Positions 28,488-43,854 of a DNA stretch of 64,000 nt are shown here, one piece after another. The position numbers and the translations under genes are program-made. The notes under the pieces were generated by a model. It searched no databases. It was given only the letters and a program-made list of their open reading frames with translations, and was not told the DNA's origin. Source of the stretch: Octopus vulgaris (lineage: Eukaryota); assembly GCA_951406725.2 (NCBI GenBank), contig OX597832.1:30442001-30506000 (forward strand), read 5' to 3'. Position 1 is the stretch's first letter; the number at the start of each line of letters is the position of its first letter.

Positions 28488-28905
28488 GATATGTATATAT
28501 GTATGTATGCATGCATGTATGCATGCATGCATGCATGTATGTATGCATGTATGTATGCATGCATGCATGCATATATGCATGCATGTATGTATGCATGCAT
28601 GTATCAGTATATGTGTATGCATGTATATATACACATTTATCTATATATGGGAATGTGTACATACGTATTTAGTCTTTTGTGGGCATGTTTACAGTCGTAT
28701 ATATGTATATATATAAATATATATATGTGCATATTTATGTGTATATATATGTGTATATATATATGTGTGTATATATATATATATATGTGTGTGTATATGT
28801 ATGTATATATATGTATATATGTATACGTATATATATGTATATATGTATATGTATATATATGTATATATGTATATATATATATATGTATATATGTATATAT
28901 GAATG

Positions 28906-28938
<33 letters not shown>

Positions 28939-28977
28939 GCATATATGTATATATATATGTGTATATATATATATGTT

Positions 28978-29046
<69 letters not shown>

Positions 29047-29114
29047 TTGTGTGTGTGAGTGTTTGTGTATGTGTATGTATATATGTGTGTGTATATATGT
29101 GTGTGTATATATAT

Positions 29115-29203
<89 letters not shown>

Positions 29204-29395
29204 TGAGTGTGTGTGTAAAATATAAGAATTTCTATCCAAGAAGATGGATTGAAATTCTTATATTTGAACAAGTTTTATTAAGAATAATTCAGTCTGTCTT
29301 TTTGTATAGAAATTCGTTTTCACTAATTCCGAGTAAATGGATCGATTTCCACATGTATATCCAGTAAAAGAAAATTTTCACTGTATGATAGCGTA

Positions 29396-29564
29396 TGGTA
29401 GCCGATACCCCTTTGCGTAGCCTCGGGATGCATGCAATAAGATTAACACCCAGATGATATATGTATGCACGTATGTATGTACATACATACGTGCATACAT
29501 ATATCATCTGGGTGTTAATCTTATTGCATGCATCCCGAGGCTACGCAAAGGGTATCGGCTACCA
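29396..29564. repeat. Spacerless near-perfect 169-bp palindrome
   Basis: Centre GT|AC at 29480/29481. Arms of 85 and 84 bp differ by one indel in a C/G run. Confidence 0.95.
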
Positions 29565-29896
29565 GAGGGAGAGGAGATTGAGATCAATTTTCATGTTATC
29601 TGAAATAGGGAACCTAACCCGGAAATATTGCAATACCTGGTAACATTACTAACCACGACCTGTATTGATAATTTTAATAACTTAAGTTGTTTGGCTTTAA
29701 AACAGTATTTAACATATGTCTGTATGTATGTAATGAAATATATTGCATTATCTGTATATATTCACACAATCACACACACACACACACACACACAGTTGTG
29801 TATCCACATGCATATATATTGATCTATATGTATTGAAAGATATATATACATTTTTGTGTATGTATTTGATTGAACATATTTGCGTTCATGTGTTTG

Positions 29897-29947
<51 letters not shown>

Positions 29948-29954
29948 GTATATG

Positions 29955-30001
<47 letters not shown>

Positions 30002-30151
30002 GTATATATATATATATATACACATATATGTATATGTATGTATATATATATATCCATATACATATATGTATATATATGTATATATATATATACATATACA
30101 TATATGTATATATATGTATATATATATATATCCATATACATATATGTATAT

Positions 30152-30183
<32 letters not shown>

Positions 30184-30358
30184 GTATATGTATATGTATG
30201 TATATATATATATCCATATACATATATGTTTATATATATATATATATATATATACATATATACATATATGTATATATATGTATATATATATATACATATA
30301 CATATATGTATATATATATATATATACATATATGTATATATATATACATATATATATT

Positions 30359-30391
<33 letters not shown>

Positions 30392-30917
30392 ATGTATATA
30401 TATATAAACACACATAAATCTATATAAGCTGTATAAGTATATTTATCTATGTAAGTGTACATGTACAATTGTATACACATTTATCAGTGTGTGTGTGTGT
30501 GTGTGTGTGTGTTTGGCTATGCATTGAAATAGCCTTGCATACTGTTGTATAGACACACACATTCACATGCAGCCGAACTGCTGTTTGTATTCATGTGGCT
30601 GAATGGCAAGAGGTCTGCATGTGGACCACATAATTCCGGATTCAGTCCCAGTGAGTGGAATCTTCGGCAAGTATCTCCCACTACCGCACTGGGTCGACCA
30701 AATATCTGTCATTTGAAATTGGCGAGACGAAACTGAAAGATAAATGCATTTTCACATACATTCACACACACACACACACATCTACATATAGACATACACA
30801 CACACAGCAAATACGATTCGCATCTAAGTTTTGTACGGTAGAGACAACCGGAACGTTTGCAGCATGGATATGGCATTATTGCACTTCAGCTTTGTTTAAT
30901 ATAAATATATATATATA

Positions 30918-30964
<47 letters not shown>

Positions 30965-31129
30965 ATGTAGATATATATAAGTATATGTATATATATGAGT
31001 ATATATATATATATATATATATATATACTCATATATACATATGTATATGTATATATATATGTGTATATATATATTTACTCATATATATGTATATGTGTAT
31101 ATATACATACTTATATATATATAATATAT

Positions 31130-31174
<45 letters not shown>

Positions 31175-31313
31175 TCATATATAAAGGAATACCAAAATTG
31201 AGACAAGAACGCAAAACATTCTGACAGGTATGCATAATCATCGTATATATATACACACACACACACACAGGAACACACTCACATACATGTGTCTGTACAT
31301 GTTTACATACACA

Positions 31314-31422
<109 letters not shown>

Positions 31423-31537
31423 GCTATTAAGTTAACAACAACGGCGATGTTTCCAGTTATGAATACTTGTAGAGTCTCACTTTTTTGGGAATGCTGACAG
31501 ACAGACAGATGGATGGATAGATAGATAGATAGATAGT

Positions 31538-31617
<80 letters not shown>

Positions 31618-32009
31618 CGGACGGACAGATGGAGTGATGGATGGATCGCACACACATCACATACACACACACACACACCAGCCGCCATGTCCCAAATTCT
31701 ATCCTGAACTGAAATACAATTCACCGTTTGACATAAAAACTTCGGGCACCTATATTTAAATTTTTACTCTAGAAACTGTATTGGGTTCTTCTTATCTGTC
31801 CGTCTGAGTACCCGTGCGTGTATGTCAGTGTGTCTGCACACACACCCACACCTGTAATGACTGTGAAAATACTTTCAAATCTACCAATATTGACCTATCA
31901 AGTTTTTCTCCAAACTGGAGAAACTCTAAATAAACTTTGGTCCCCTCCCGAGTTTTTCTCGCTGCCAATCTTTTCTTATTTTTACTCGGCTAAGATTTAT
32001 CATTTATTT

Positions 32010-32143
32010 CAGCGCTCCTTAAACTATGGGTCTCGACCCCAAATCTAAGCACTTGAATTTCAGCTTGTATATTATTTCACAAATGCATTTTTAATATTGG
32101 GGTCGCGGAGAATCTCGCGATGAAAAGAGTTTAAGAAGCGTTG
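32010..32143. mobile_element. hAT-type MITE
   Basis: TIRs CAGCGCTCCTTAAACT / CAACGCTTCTTAAACT. 8-bp flanks ATTTATTT and ATTTATGT (7/8 match). Internal GGGTC.CG inverted motifs. Confidence 0.75.
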
Positions 32144-32422
32144 ATTTATGTCAAACATCAATATTTGTACTTCCACAGACCGGGCGATATGCTTGGCGGC
32201 ATCTCGTCCATCTTTACGTTCTGGGTTCAAATTGCATCGAGATCGATTTTACCTTTCATCTCTTCGGGGTCCATAAAATAAATACCATTTGAGCACTGGG
32301 GTAACTGCCGGCCTTGTGCCAATATTTTAAACTAATATTTATACTTTCACTTTTTTTTCGTCCATACCATAGGTATTTAAACGTGTGTATTAGCTTATAC
32401 ATACCTACAATAAACTCCATTT

Positions 32423-32472
<50 letters not shown>

Positions 32473-32495
32473 TACATTAAATTCCATTATATACA

Positions 32496-32712
32496 TATTC
32501 TTTTACTTGCTTCAGTCATTTAACTGCGGCCATACTGGAGCACCGCCTTTAATCGAGCTAATCGACCGCGGGACTTATTCTTTGTAAGCCTCGTACTTAT
32601 TCTATTTTTTCTTTTGCCGAACTGCTAAGTTACTGGGACGTAAACGCACCAGCATCGGTTGTCAAGCGATGTTTGGGGGACAGACACGCAAACACACACA
32701 CACACACACACG

Positions 32713-32764
<52 letters not shown>

Positions 32765-32928
32765 CGATGGGCTTCTTTCAGTTTCCGCCAACCATATCCA
32801 CTCACAAAGTTTTAGTCGGCCCGAGGCTATGGTAGAAGACACTTACCCAAGATGCCACGCAGTGGGACTGAACCCGAGACCATGTAGTTTGGTAAGCAAG
32901 CTACTTACCACACAGCCACTCCTGCGCC
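32496..32928 (-). mobile_element. SINE family A, full length, expanded internal microsatellite
   Basis: Matches 10576-10951. Internal CA/TA tract at about 32685-32764. Confidence 0.92.
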
Positions 32929-33084
32929 TATGTGTGTGTGTGTGCCTATATGTGTGTGTGTGTGTGTGTGTGTACTTACATGACTAATAGAATAATACAT
33001 AATAAGACAACATTGTATTTATATTACTTTTTATATACACACGCAGCGTACACGTGTTTTTCTACATTGTGTGTGCGTGTGAGA

Positions 33085-33149
<65 letters not shown>

Positions 33150-34737
33150 TAATTACGTGTACATCAGTTTGTGGTATCACTTTGGCTCTACGTTTTATAT
33201 CCAAACCCTTAATATTTTCTTAATCCTTATAGATTAAGAAATGTGGAAATGTCTATGTTACGCCATTATAATCCACCACCAGTTTTAACCCCCGCTGCGC
33301 GGTCCCTCGGGTATTTCTAAAAACACCCAGGGAGTCCACTCTGTTGTGTGCTTAATGACTGTCTCCAGGCCAAGCCTAACCTTGTCCCTTCTCCTTCCCC
33401 CAATCTTGAAACCCCTAAAATACGTTACGAGCTTTGCCCTTCCTTTTCCAAAGAAGTCTTGTAAAGAAGAAAAATATATCAAAAAAAAAAAAAAATCAAA
33501 GAATGTTACCTTTTAATGTGATCGCGGTTTGTTAGAAATGTCTAATAATGTCGGGAGAAAAGCGTGATTCGTTTGTGGCATTCATAGAACGAGGGATGCG
33601 AAGAGAGGAAGAAGAAAAGTGTAGAAAGGTGTGAAATTTGATTAATTCATACATACGGTTCTGTAAATGAATTCACCTGTACCAATGGAATCTGGGCTCT
33701 GGCCGAAACGGTGCTGACGGAAAATCATAAATAACCAAGATGTGTGAGTCGCAGCTTGCCTGCCACACGTCAATTATCCTCTCTTTCTTCTCCTCCTCCT
33801 CCTCCTCCTCCTCCCGCTTGACACCTTGTCATGTCGAGCATCTGCGATCGAAACTGCAACCAAGAGCAAACAAAACATATGTATCCCAATGAGGGATGTT
33901 GTTGTTTTTTGTAGTTTGTGCCGACGATGATGACGACGACGACGACGATGATGACGACGATGACGACGATGATGATGATGATGATGATGATGATGTCACT
34001 TTAATTCCTTGACTTTTTTCTTTTTATTATTTTTTTCTGGTTTTTTTTCTTCTTCTCTTTCTTTCTCTCTATTGTTTTTTTTTTGTTGATGTTGTTTAAA
34101 TTAATTAGTTTTGTTTTGTTTTAATAGAAATCAGTTAATGGTTTCCTTCCTGTTGAGGCTCGGACAGAATAAGGTCGGTCCCTGTGGACGACGATCCAAG
34201 GAGCCAGACGCTCTTGCTACGCACTCACCGGTGGTGGTCGTCGTCGTCGCAGTCGCCGCTCTCTTTCTCTCTCTCTCTCTCTCAACTCAAGGTGACGGGA
34301 GGGAGGAGGGGGGAATTGATCACCACCACCCTCGCCAGCCACCACCCTCGCCACCTCTGACCTCTGTGTATTTAGCCGGTTGAGCTACGACAACAATATA
34401 ACAGTGTTACATTGACAATTACATGTGTTGCGAAAAAAAGGTGGAGGCGGCGGCGGAGGGGGAGAGGAGGGAGGAGGATGAGGCGCAACTAACCTCCACC
34501 ACCACCACCACCGACACCACCATCGCTGCTGCTGCTGCTCCTGCAACGGCCACCACCACAGCAAACACCTTCCCTCGCTCCCTCCACCCGCTCGCACCAC
34601 CACCACCACCTCCCCCACCACACATCACCCCAATGATTGGTTACAGAAGCAGTGAGCAGTGGAAGGCGGAGATAAGTTTCACTTTAATTGTAAAGCTACT
34701 CCGCCTACTCCTCTCATTTAATCGCGCGCGCGCATTT

Positions 34738-34774
<37 letters not shown>

Positions 34775-35302
34775 TATGTGCGTATGTGTACGTGCGTGTG
34801 TCTATGTGTGTGTGTGTGTGTGGCGACATTTATATAATTGGCTTCACTCAAATAAACCACAGCGGGAATTGGTAATGATGATGGTGATGATGTTTGGCTG
34901 CTTTTGTTGTTCTTCTCGCTGTTGATGTGGTTTTCTCTCACATTACTAACGTCGTCGTAGCCCTTGTCGATTAGAACAATATCATCAAAGGTGCTCCGGA
35001 CGTGACCATCCCTTATTATTAGAAGTACAGAGGGGAAAAAAATTGAGGAAAATTAAGCTGCCATTTCCAGCAGATCAAGTGGTCGCGCAGAGGCTCCATA
35101 GCTGACTTGATAAATATCGCAGTTGTTTGTTATACTTGTGTGCACACACACACACACAGATGGATGGATGGATGGATGGATGGATGGATGGATGGATAGA
35201 CAGGCAGGCAGGCAGACAGACAGACAGGTAGACAGATAGACAGATAGTTGGATGGATGGATAGATAGAAAGATAGATAGATAGATAGATTAGATAGATAT
35301 AT

Positions 35303-35354
<52 letters not shown>

Positions 35355-35365
35355 AAGGTAGCTAA

Positions 35366-35453
<88 letters not shown>

Positions 35454-35634
35454 GTAGGTAGGTAGGTAGACAGATACATAGGTCGGTAGACTTGTAGATA
35501 GATTTCATTTTTCGTTACTATTTTCTCCCTCAAAATAGGATTTCTTTAACAATATGATTTTAACACGCGCTTTCACATAAAAATGCTTGCGAAACAAATT
35601 CGAAAGCGATACATGCTTCCCAGCGACATACGTG

Positions 35635-35996
35635 CGTCCCAACTACATGGTTCCGGGTTCAGTCCCACTGCGTGGCACCTTGGGCAAGTGTCTTCTGCTA
35701 TACCCTCGGGCCGACCAAAGGCTCATGAGTGGATTTGGAAGACGGAAACTGAAAGAAGCCCGTCGTATGTATGTATATATATGTATGCATGTATCTTTGT
35801 GTCTATGTTCGTCCCCCACCCCACCCCTGTGTCAGTGCTTGGCAACCGGTGTTGGTGTGCTTACGTCCACATAATTTAGTGGTTCGGTAACTAAGTACTA
35901 AGTTTTAAAAAACACGTCCTGGGGTCGATTTGTTCGATTAAATTTCTTCAAGACAGCGCCCCAGCATGGCCGCAGTCAAATGACTGAAACAAGTAA
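35635..35996 (+). mobile_element. SINE family A, slightly 5'-truncated
   Basis: GGTTCAGTCCCACTGCGTGGCACCTTGGGCAAG .. CAGCATGGCCGCAGTCAAATGACTGAAAC. Confidence 0.88.
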
Positions 35997-36056
35997 TATA
36001 TATGTATATATATGTATATATATATATATAATTATATATACACATACACACATATG

Positions 36057-36100
<44 letters not shown>

Positions 36101-36107
36101 TATGTAA

Positions 36108-36146
<39 letters not shown>

Positions 36147-36365
36147 TATACACACACATATGTATGTAAATATACATACATATGTGTGTGTATGTATATA
36201 AATGTCTGTGTATACATACATACATACATACATACATACATACATACATACATGTGTGTTATTGTTTGTGTATCATTATTGCCTTTGACAGGCCTTTGGG
36301 CGAAACAAAATATATTTTGTTGGAGTCAGTAATGAATTCAACAAACTGAACACACACACACTTGA

Positions 36366-36472
<107 letters not shown>

Positions 36473-36935
36473 TGCGCGTACGCATACACACTGAGCGGTC
36501 TATATTGCTGTGACGTCTGTCTTTGCGTATAGATTCCATCTTTCCGAAATATTCTATAATTTGCTTGAACAGTGTAGGATATAGGCTCGGGGTTTGCTGT
36601 GTAGTACATACATGTATGGTTCTTCTGTAATTATAAATTCCTTTCACGCGGCAGATTTCCATCTCCCTCTCTCCTTCTTTTTCTCTACTTCTCCCTCTTT
36701 CTTTCCATATTTGTTTGTGTTTAATGTTGTACAAACTTTTATGGAATATACACGTTACTGTTAAGTTTTCAGTTCAATTGGAGGATTTTTATGCAATTGT
36801 CAAACAGTTTACTTAACGAAACAGTTCAAAACTATATTGTACTCCTTGCATGAGTAACCGGCCTGGCAGCTCCTACATGTGAGCCCCAGCCCCGCCGGGA
36901 TGTCGTTTGGATAGCTCCACCCTTCTCATTCTCTT

Positions 36936-37008
<73 letters not shown>

Positions 37009-37013
<5 letters not shown>

Positions 37014-37202
37014 ACGAAAAGAGAAAAAACGAAGACAGGTGGTGTACAAAACAGACAGATGTATTAGTATAACGCTCAGGAATAGAAAAGGTCTTTTACG
37101 TTTCGAGCCTATGCTCTTCTACAGAAAGGGACACAGAAAAAAACAAGGAGAGAAACAAGGTGACAAAAAAAATGTGTGTAGTGGCTAACGATCTATCATG
37201 GC

Positions 37203-37205
<3 letters not shown>
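37009..37205 (-). mobile_element. Penelope-like island with hammerhead-like motif at 37093-37128
   Basis: CUUU-CUGUAGA-A-GAGC-AUAG-GCUC-GAAAC-GUA-AAAG on the minus strand. Second copy at 59931-60123. Confidence 0.62.
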
Positions 37206-37236
<31 letters not shown>

Positions 37237-37696
37237 GAGGGAGAGAAAGAAACTCTTGTGGTCACTGTGTAGTGAATCCGATCTCCTCATCGTCAAAACA
37301 GTTTTTCAAAAGTCGAAGAATTTCAAGACCAGCCGGAAGCAAGCATCCAAGATTTGGTCATTACCATCTGATAGATTATATCATCACTCATCCTTGTGAC
37401 AGGTGCGAGACATCAGCATCATTGCTCTTCACTCACTGTCGGAGAGAGTTTGGTCAGATCAGAAGGTGGTTCACTGTCACATTAACGAGCACGTGAAGAA
37501 GACCATTCTTAATAATCGCAGAAAAGTGAATGTCAGCAAGTTGAGGGATTGGGATTCCCTAAATTCTTTTCAGTCTCTGTGATTCGAACTGGCATTTGGA
37601 CCATCACGGTCGGATTTTAAGAATGGTGTGCAAGGATCGGTTAAAGAAACGGTAAGATTTGTTCGTCACAAAAATCACGATTGATTTGATACATAG

Positions 37697-37864
37697 GGCG
37701 TAGGAGTGGGTGTGTGGTAAGTAGCTTGCTTACGAACCACATGGTTCCGGGTTCAGTCCCACTGCGTGGCACCTTGGGTAAGTGTCTTCTACTGTAGCCT
37801 CGGGCCGACCAAAGCCTTGTGAGTGGATTTGGTAGACGGAAACTGAAAGAAGCCCGTCGATATA

Positions 37865-37922
<58 letters not shown>

Positions 37923-38141
37923 GGTGTTTGTGTGGCTGTGTTTGTCCCCCCCAACATCGCTTGACAACCGATGCTGGTGTGTTTACGTCCCAGTAACTTA
38001 GCGGTTCGGCAAAAAAAGAGACCAATAAAGTAAGTACTAGGCTTACAAAGAATAAGTCGTGGGGTCGATTTGATCGACTAAAAGGCGGTGCTCCAGCATG
38101 GCCACAGTCACATGACTGAAACAAATAAAAGAGTAAAAGAG
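37697..38141 (+). mobile_element. SINE family A, full length
   Basis: Complete head, internal (TA)n at 37860-37920, tail (AAAAGAGT)n. Confidence 0.93.
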
Positions 38142-38624
38142 ATATGATCTTCATATTACACCACTCTTGGAAGACACGCATCGATGATGTCACAAAATCT
38201 GGATGATGGATAAGAAATGTCCTATAAAAATCGATCATTCACTGCTGTCAAAAGCAAGGCATTATCAAGGCTAAGAGAAATGAAAGAACGGGATGAGAAA
38301 TCACGCAGTAACCTTGCAACAGGCAAGTATCTAGATGAAGGGTGTCTTAGGCCCAGTTGAATCGTTAATTGGTTCCCCCTTGACAGACAAAAAAGATATC
38401 AAATGTTGGGAAGAGCATTTTACCGATGTCAAGAAAAAAGAATCGTATTATTGACTGCAAAAGTTAAAAGCTTAATATTGCTAACGTAGTCGTACTGGAA
38501 CATAACATAATAGAGTTCTCCTAGTTTACATTAGTAATATATGTGTTTGTATGTGTATGTGTGTGATTCTTTCAACACATTTTCAATATTTTTTATAACA
38601 TATTCACAATGAAAAGGCGAGAAG

Positions 38625-38770
38625 GGAATCGGAATTTTCCTTGGACACTTGTACGTAGCTCTGTCTAGAGCGAGTTCGCCTCTGAAAGAAATGATGAAAA
38701 TAAATGATAACGATTCTCAAGATAGAAGTGACAAGTAAATAACAAAGGTCGTTGTTTTCCAAAGCTGTTT
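38625..38770 (+). pseudogene. Helitron PIF1-type helicase C-terminal relic
   Basis: One frame reads GIGIFL-GHLYVALSRASS...*ITKVVVF. This matches SF1B helicase motif VI (GQLYVALSR) and the usual T.N.V[YF] end. Confidence 0.6.
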
Positions 38771-39095
38771 TCTTTCAAGGCTGCACCTGAAGCACTTTGT
38801 GTTCCAGAAACAAATGCAATTTCGAAAGAAATTGTCAAATAAAAATTTCAAAAGCTTTATTGTTTACAAATCAAGCGTGAAAATTCCACTTGTACTGTTA
38901 GTACATCTAATATGTGTCAGCCTTAATCTAATACAAATCGCCATAAAATCTAAACAAGAAATAAAGAGAATGGAATGACGAGTGTACCAAGATAATATCA
39001 GTCTCTGTTTCAGTAACAGTGTTGTAGATGTAGGCATCATGAAATCTTATATCGAAAGATACAAATGTAATCTTGATGGCACATATCACACACAT

Positions 39096-39143
<48 letters not shown>

Positions 39144-39154
39144 ACACACACACA

Positions 39155-39712
39155 TCTATACATATGCAAAATTGAGAATGTGTGTCTGTCTGTCTGCCTG
39201 TCTGTATGTATGCATCACTAAAACTGAAGAACTACCCAACGGATTTCATCCAAATTTCACACGTAACTTATTTAGGGTCCATTCAGTGTCAAGGACCAAA
39301 ATAATTTTCAACTACCTGCCTAATACGAGCCCGGAGCAATCTCTTATATCTCACACTATTTCAGCATTACGTGACAAAAGTGAAACAATAATATCTCTAT
39401 TGTAATGTGAGATAAAACTTTCAGTTTTTAATAGTGAAACTATTAATACTTTCACTATATATTTGTGTGTGTGTTTGTACCCCCACCATTGCTTGACAAC
39501 CGATGTTGGTGTGTTTACATTCCCATAACTTAGCGGTACGGTAAAAGACACTGATAGAATAAGTACTAAGCTTACAAAGAATAAATCCTGTAGTCGATTT
39601 GTTCGACCAACGGCGGTGCTCCAGCATGGCCGCAGTCACATGACTGAAACAAGTAAGACAATAAAAAAACTACGCCATTTTAATCCCGAGCAAATCCGGG
39701 TATCTCTGCTAG
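39155..39712 (+). mobile_element. Non-autonomous Helitron with nested SINE A 3' half (about 39460-39665)
   Basis: Starts TC after A (39154) and ends CTAG before T (39713). Subterminal hairpin CCCG..CGGG at 39685-39700. (GTCT)n near the 5' end. Confidence 0.82.
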
Positions 39713-39718
39713 TATATT

Positions 39719-39767
<49 letters not shown>

Positions 39768-41056
39768 CTTTTTACACGTGCATTTCAAGGCAAGCTTTCA
39801 TGACATGTCATTGATTACACATATAGACATAGAGGCGTGAAATATACGCTGGAATAACACAACTATTGAAGGACAGCGATATACAAGGAAAGAATATTTG
39901 AATGAATCGTCCCTGCTGTGTATGCGACGTATTTTGTTGACCTCACACAACAGGGAACTTGCTGCAAGCTTCAACTTTGTCAACAAGACTAAATGTATAT
40001 TGATCAGACGGCGGATTGGTAGAATCATTACAACTTTAGATAAAATGTTTACGGTTCTAGCTGTGGGCATTTACGTTTCGAGTTGTAATACTGCCGAGGT
40101 CAGCATCACCTTTCACTCCTCTGCTGGCTGCGATCAGAGTTTGGGAAAGGGAAGCAAGTGGATCCTGATGAATTAGTAACGATGAAATCGGTTTGTTCGA
40201 GTCTCGGCTCAAACAACCAATCAGATTTTCGTGGAACTTAATTTTATAGATGTAACACTGAGCATTTTTATTTATTCATAACTCATGTTGTGTCGATACT
40301 ATTCTAAGCTTTACACATTTAGCTTTGACTTCGGCTACTGCTGCCATTTCACTGTTCTTTCGAGAACAAATTAAAAAAATATTAACGACCTTTAGCTTAG
40401 TTAAAATATGTTTGTGACATGTTTTAAATCCTAAAGGCAAATTTACTGCAGTTACCCTGAAGAAAAAATTTTTTTTCTATTCTAAAAGGTGTAAAAATGA
40501 CCATATCTACCCAGTGCTTCCCTTTGGCGGATTCCCAGATGCGCGTTTCTGGCTCTTTGGCATTCCTCAATGGGAAATACAAAAGGGAGGTAACACTGAG
40601 AAGATTCAAAGCTGTGATTTTTACTAAAAAAAAAACTTCAACATTAGTGACGGAGCTGCGCTAGTAGACCGCCTCGTCGGAATTAAAATAGCAACATCAG
40701 TACTAAATAATGTTTAGGAATAAACGAAGTTTGGATTAGTTAAAATATGTTTGTGACATATTTTAACTTGTAAATGCAAGTTTGCTGCAATTCAACATAT
40801 TTTTCTTTTTTCACATTTTAGTAAATTAAAAAAAAAGGGAATTATATTCTATTTTGTCAACAACTTCCAGTTTGCGAGGTAGAGAAATGACAATAGCTGT
40901 GATAAACCGAAACAATATTAGAAAGGTGAAGCGAAGAGGAAAAATTGTAAACTGTCAACATTTATTTTAGAGACTCTAAATGAAATAACTAGTTTATGTA
41001 CAAAAATGTTATTTATACACACATGAAGAGTTTCTTGTTTATATACAGACAGTCGT

Positions 41057-41165
41057 GGCACTCCGTCGGTTGCGACGACGAGGGTTTCAGTTGATCCTAT
41101 CAACGGAACAGCCTGCTCATGAAATTAACGTGCAAGTGGCTGAGCACTCCACAGACACGTGTCCA
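41057..41165 (-). mobile_element. SINE family C, 3' fragment
   Basis: GGCACTCCGTCGGTTGCGACGACGAGGG.. is the reverse complement of the family C tail. Confidence 0.8.
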
Positions 41166-41254
41166 TATTCTGTATGATGTGTGTGCATAGTGTGTATGTA
41201 TATATATAGTGTGTGTCTGTATATGTATATGTATATATATGTATGTATATATAT

Positions 41255-41932
<678 letters not shown>

Positions 41933-42431
41933 TGTGTGTGTGTATATATATGTATATGTGTGTGTGTATATATGTGTGTGTGTGTATATATATATATGTG
42001 TGTGTGTGTATATGTGTATATATGTATATATATATATATATATATATGTGTTATATATATATATATATGTATATGTATATATATATATGTATATATATAT
42101 GTATATGTATATATGTATATATATATATTTATGTATATGTATATATATATATGTATATATATATATGTATATGTATATATGTATATATATATATGTATAT
42201 ATATATATGTATATGTATATATGTATATATATATATTTATGTATATGTATATGTATATATATATATGTATATATATTATATGTATATGTATATATATATG
42301 TATATATATTATATGTATATGTATATATGTATATATATATATTTATGTATATGTATATATGTATATATATATATATGTATGTGTATATATGTATATATAT
42401 GTATGTGTATATATGTATATATATGTATGTG

Positions 42432-42500
<69 letters not shown>

Positions 42501-43550
42501 GAAAAGTCTCTAGAAAAAGATCCAGTATTTGCCCAACTAATAAATCGTCCATTAATCTTCACACAGTCGTTACGATGAATCTAATCGCTGCTCAGCTAAT
42601 TAATATTTCACCTCTCTATTAGTCAGCTCCAGTCGGCTGCTGCTGCCCGCCGCCATCAAGCTAACAAGCTCCTCCGATACCATTTAGAAAAGCTGTCTAC
42701 ATATTGCTTGCTTCTTTCCTTTTTCTTTCCCCATTTCAATTTTGCCAATCAATTATACAAATGTTGTTGGGAGTGATTTCATTTTCAGCTAATCATAACA
42801 ATGAGTGTGTATTGTTAGTTTATTGATGTTTAGTGTATAAATTCTTCACAAGCCTCAACCAAACAACAGCCGCCTCCACCAATCCCTCCACCGCATCTGT
42901 TTTATTACTCAATATATATTTTCTTTGTGATTTTTTTCTTCTCTTTTCTTTTTTTACCTGTTTGGTTATAATGTGATGATTGTTCATTATTTGGAGTCCG
43001 CTACAATAAACAGACAAAGACAGAATAGAATGCAGCGGTGTTTCATCTATATTTCAGCAGGTTATGAAAGAATAAGTACCCTTTTCATATTGAAATTTTC
43101 TTCTTAATTCTCTCTTTTAGCGGATATTTTTATTGCGTTTTCTCTGGGATTTTCTCTTTAAAAAAAATAATATTCTTTAATTATTTAAAATTAATGAGAT
43201 TGCCAAATCTGTGAAAAAAAAGTCTATACTTGAAACAGCACACTAACATTATCTTTTTACAAAAAATTATTTAATTAGATTGTGACAACGCAGACCGCGA
43301 CTGGTTTGGTGGGTTTTGCGAGGGGGTGGGGATCAGATTTATGACTACAAGTTACCTGTGAGGTACAAGTGGTGTGTAAAATTGCTTTGCATCGATGGAA
43401 ATCTCTCGGGCTGGATGTAATATGGATACCGTTAATGTTAAGTACTTACCGTACGCGAGAAAAGTAGCGAAACGAAATTTAAAATAAGCACCGCAGGTAG
43501 CCAAGACACACAGAGCTGCGCTCACTTATGCAGTGCGTAGCAGAAATCAG

Positions 43551-43591
<41 letters not shown>

Positions 43592-43594
<3 letters not shown>

Positions 43595-43723
43595 CTGTGG
43601 TATTGAGCAGAATATTTGCTGTAGCCCATCTTTTATACCAAGACAAAACAATGTACATGATAACACTTCCAATCTGTTAAGATCAGAAGCCACGAGAGCC
43701 ACTGCCTGGTACTGCATCAGGGC

Positions 43724-43725
<2 letters not shown>
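43592..43725 (-). repeat. Inverted 134-bp copy of the left end of the 45744-46287 element
   Basis: Reverse complement of 45744-45877 with two mismatches by eye. Flanked by (AAT)n. Confidence 0.9.
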
Positions 43726-43766
<41 letters not shown>

Positions 43767-43854
43767 TTCTTTATTAATCACGAAGAGTTGACAAAAGAAT
43801 CAAGAACAGTAGAGAGTGATACGGTACGGGATTCTATAAAAGAATGTGTAAAGA

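Noticed and set aside
34423-34875. 150-aa low-complexity ORF
   Set aside because: Non-ATG start, built from triplet and GT repeats, with no domain or clear splice structure.
40397-40790. About 54-bp imperfect direct repeat 340 bp apart
   Set aside because: No LTR termini, TSD or coding signal. Not enough evidence to classify.
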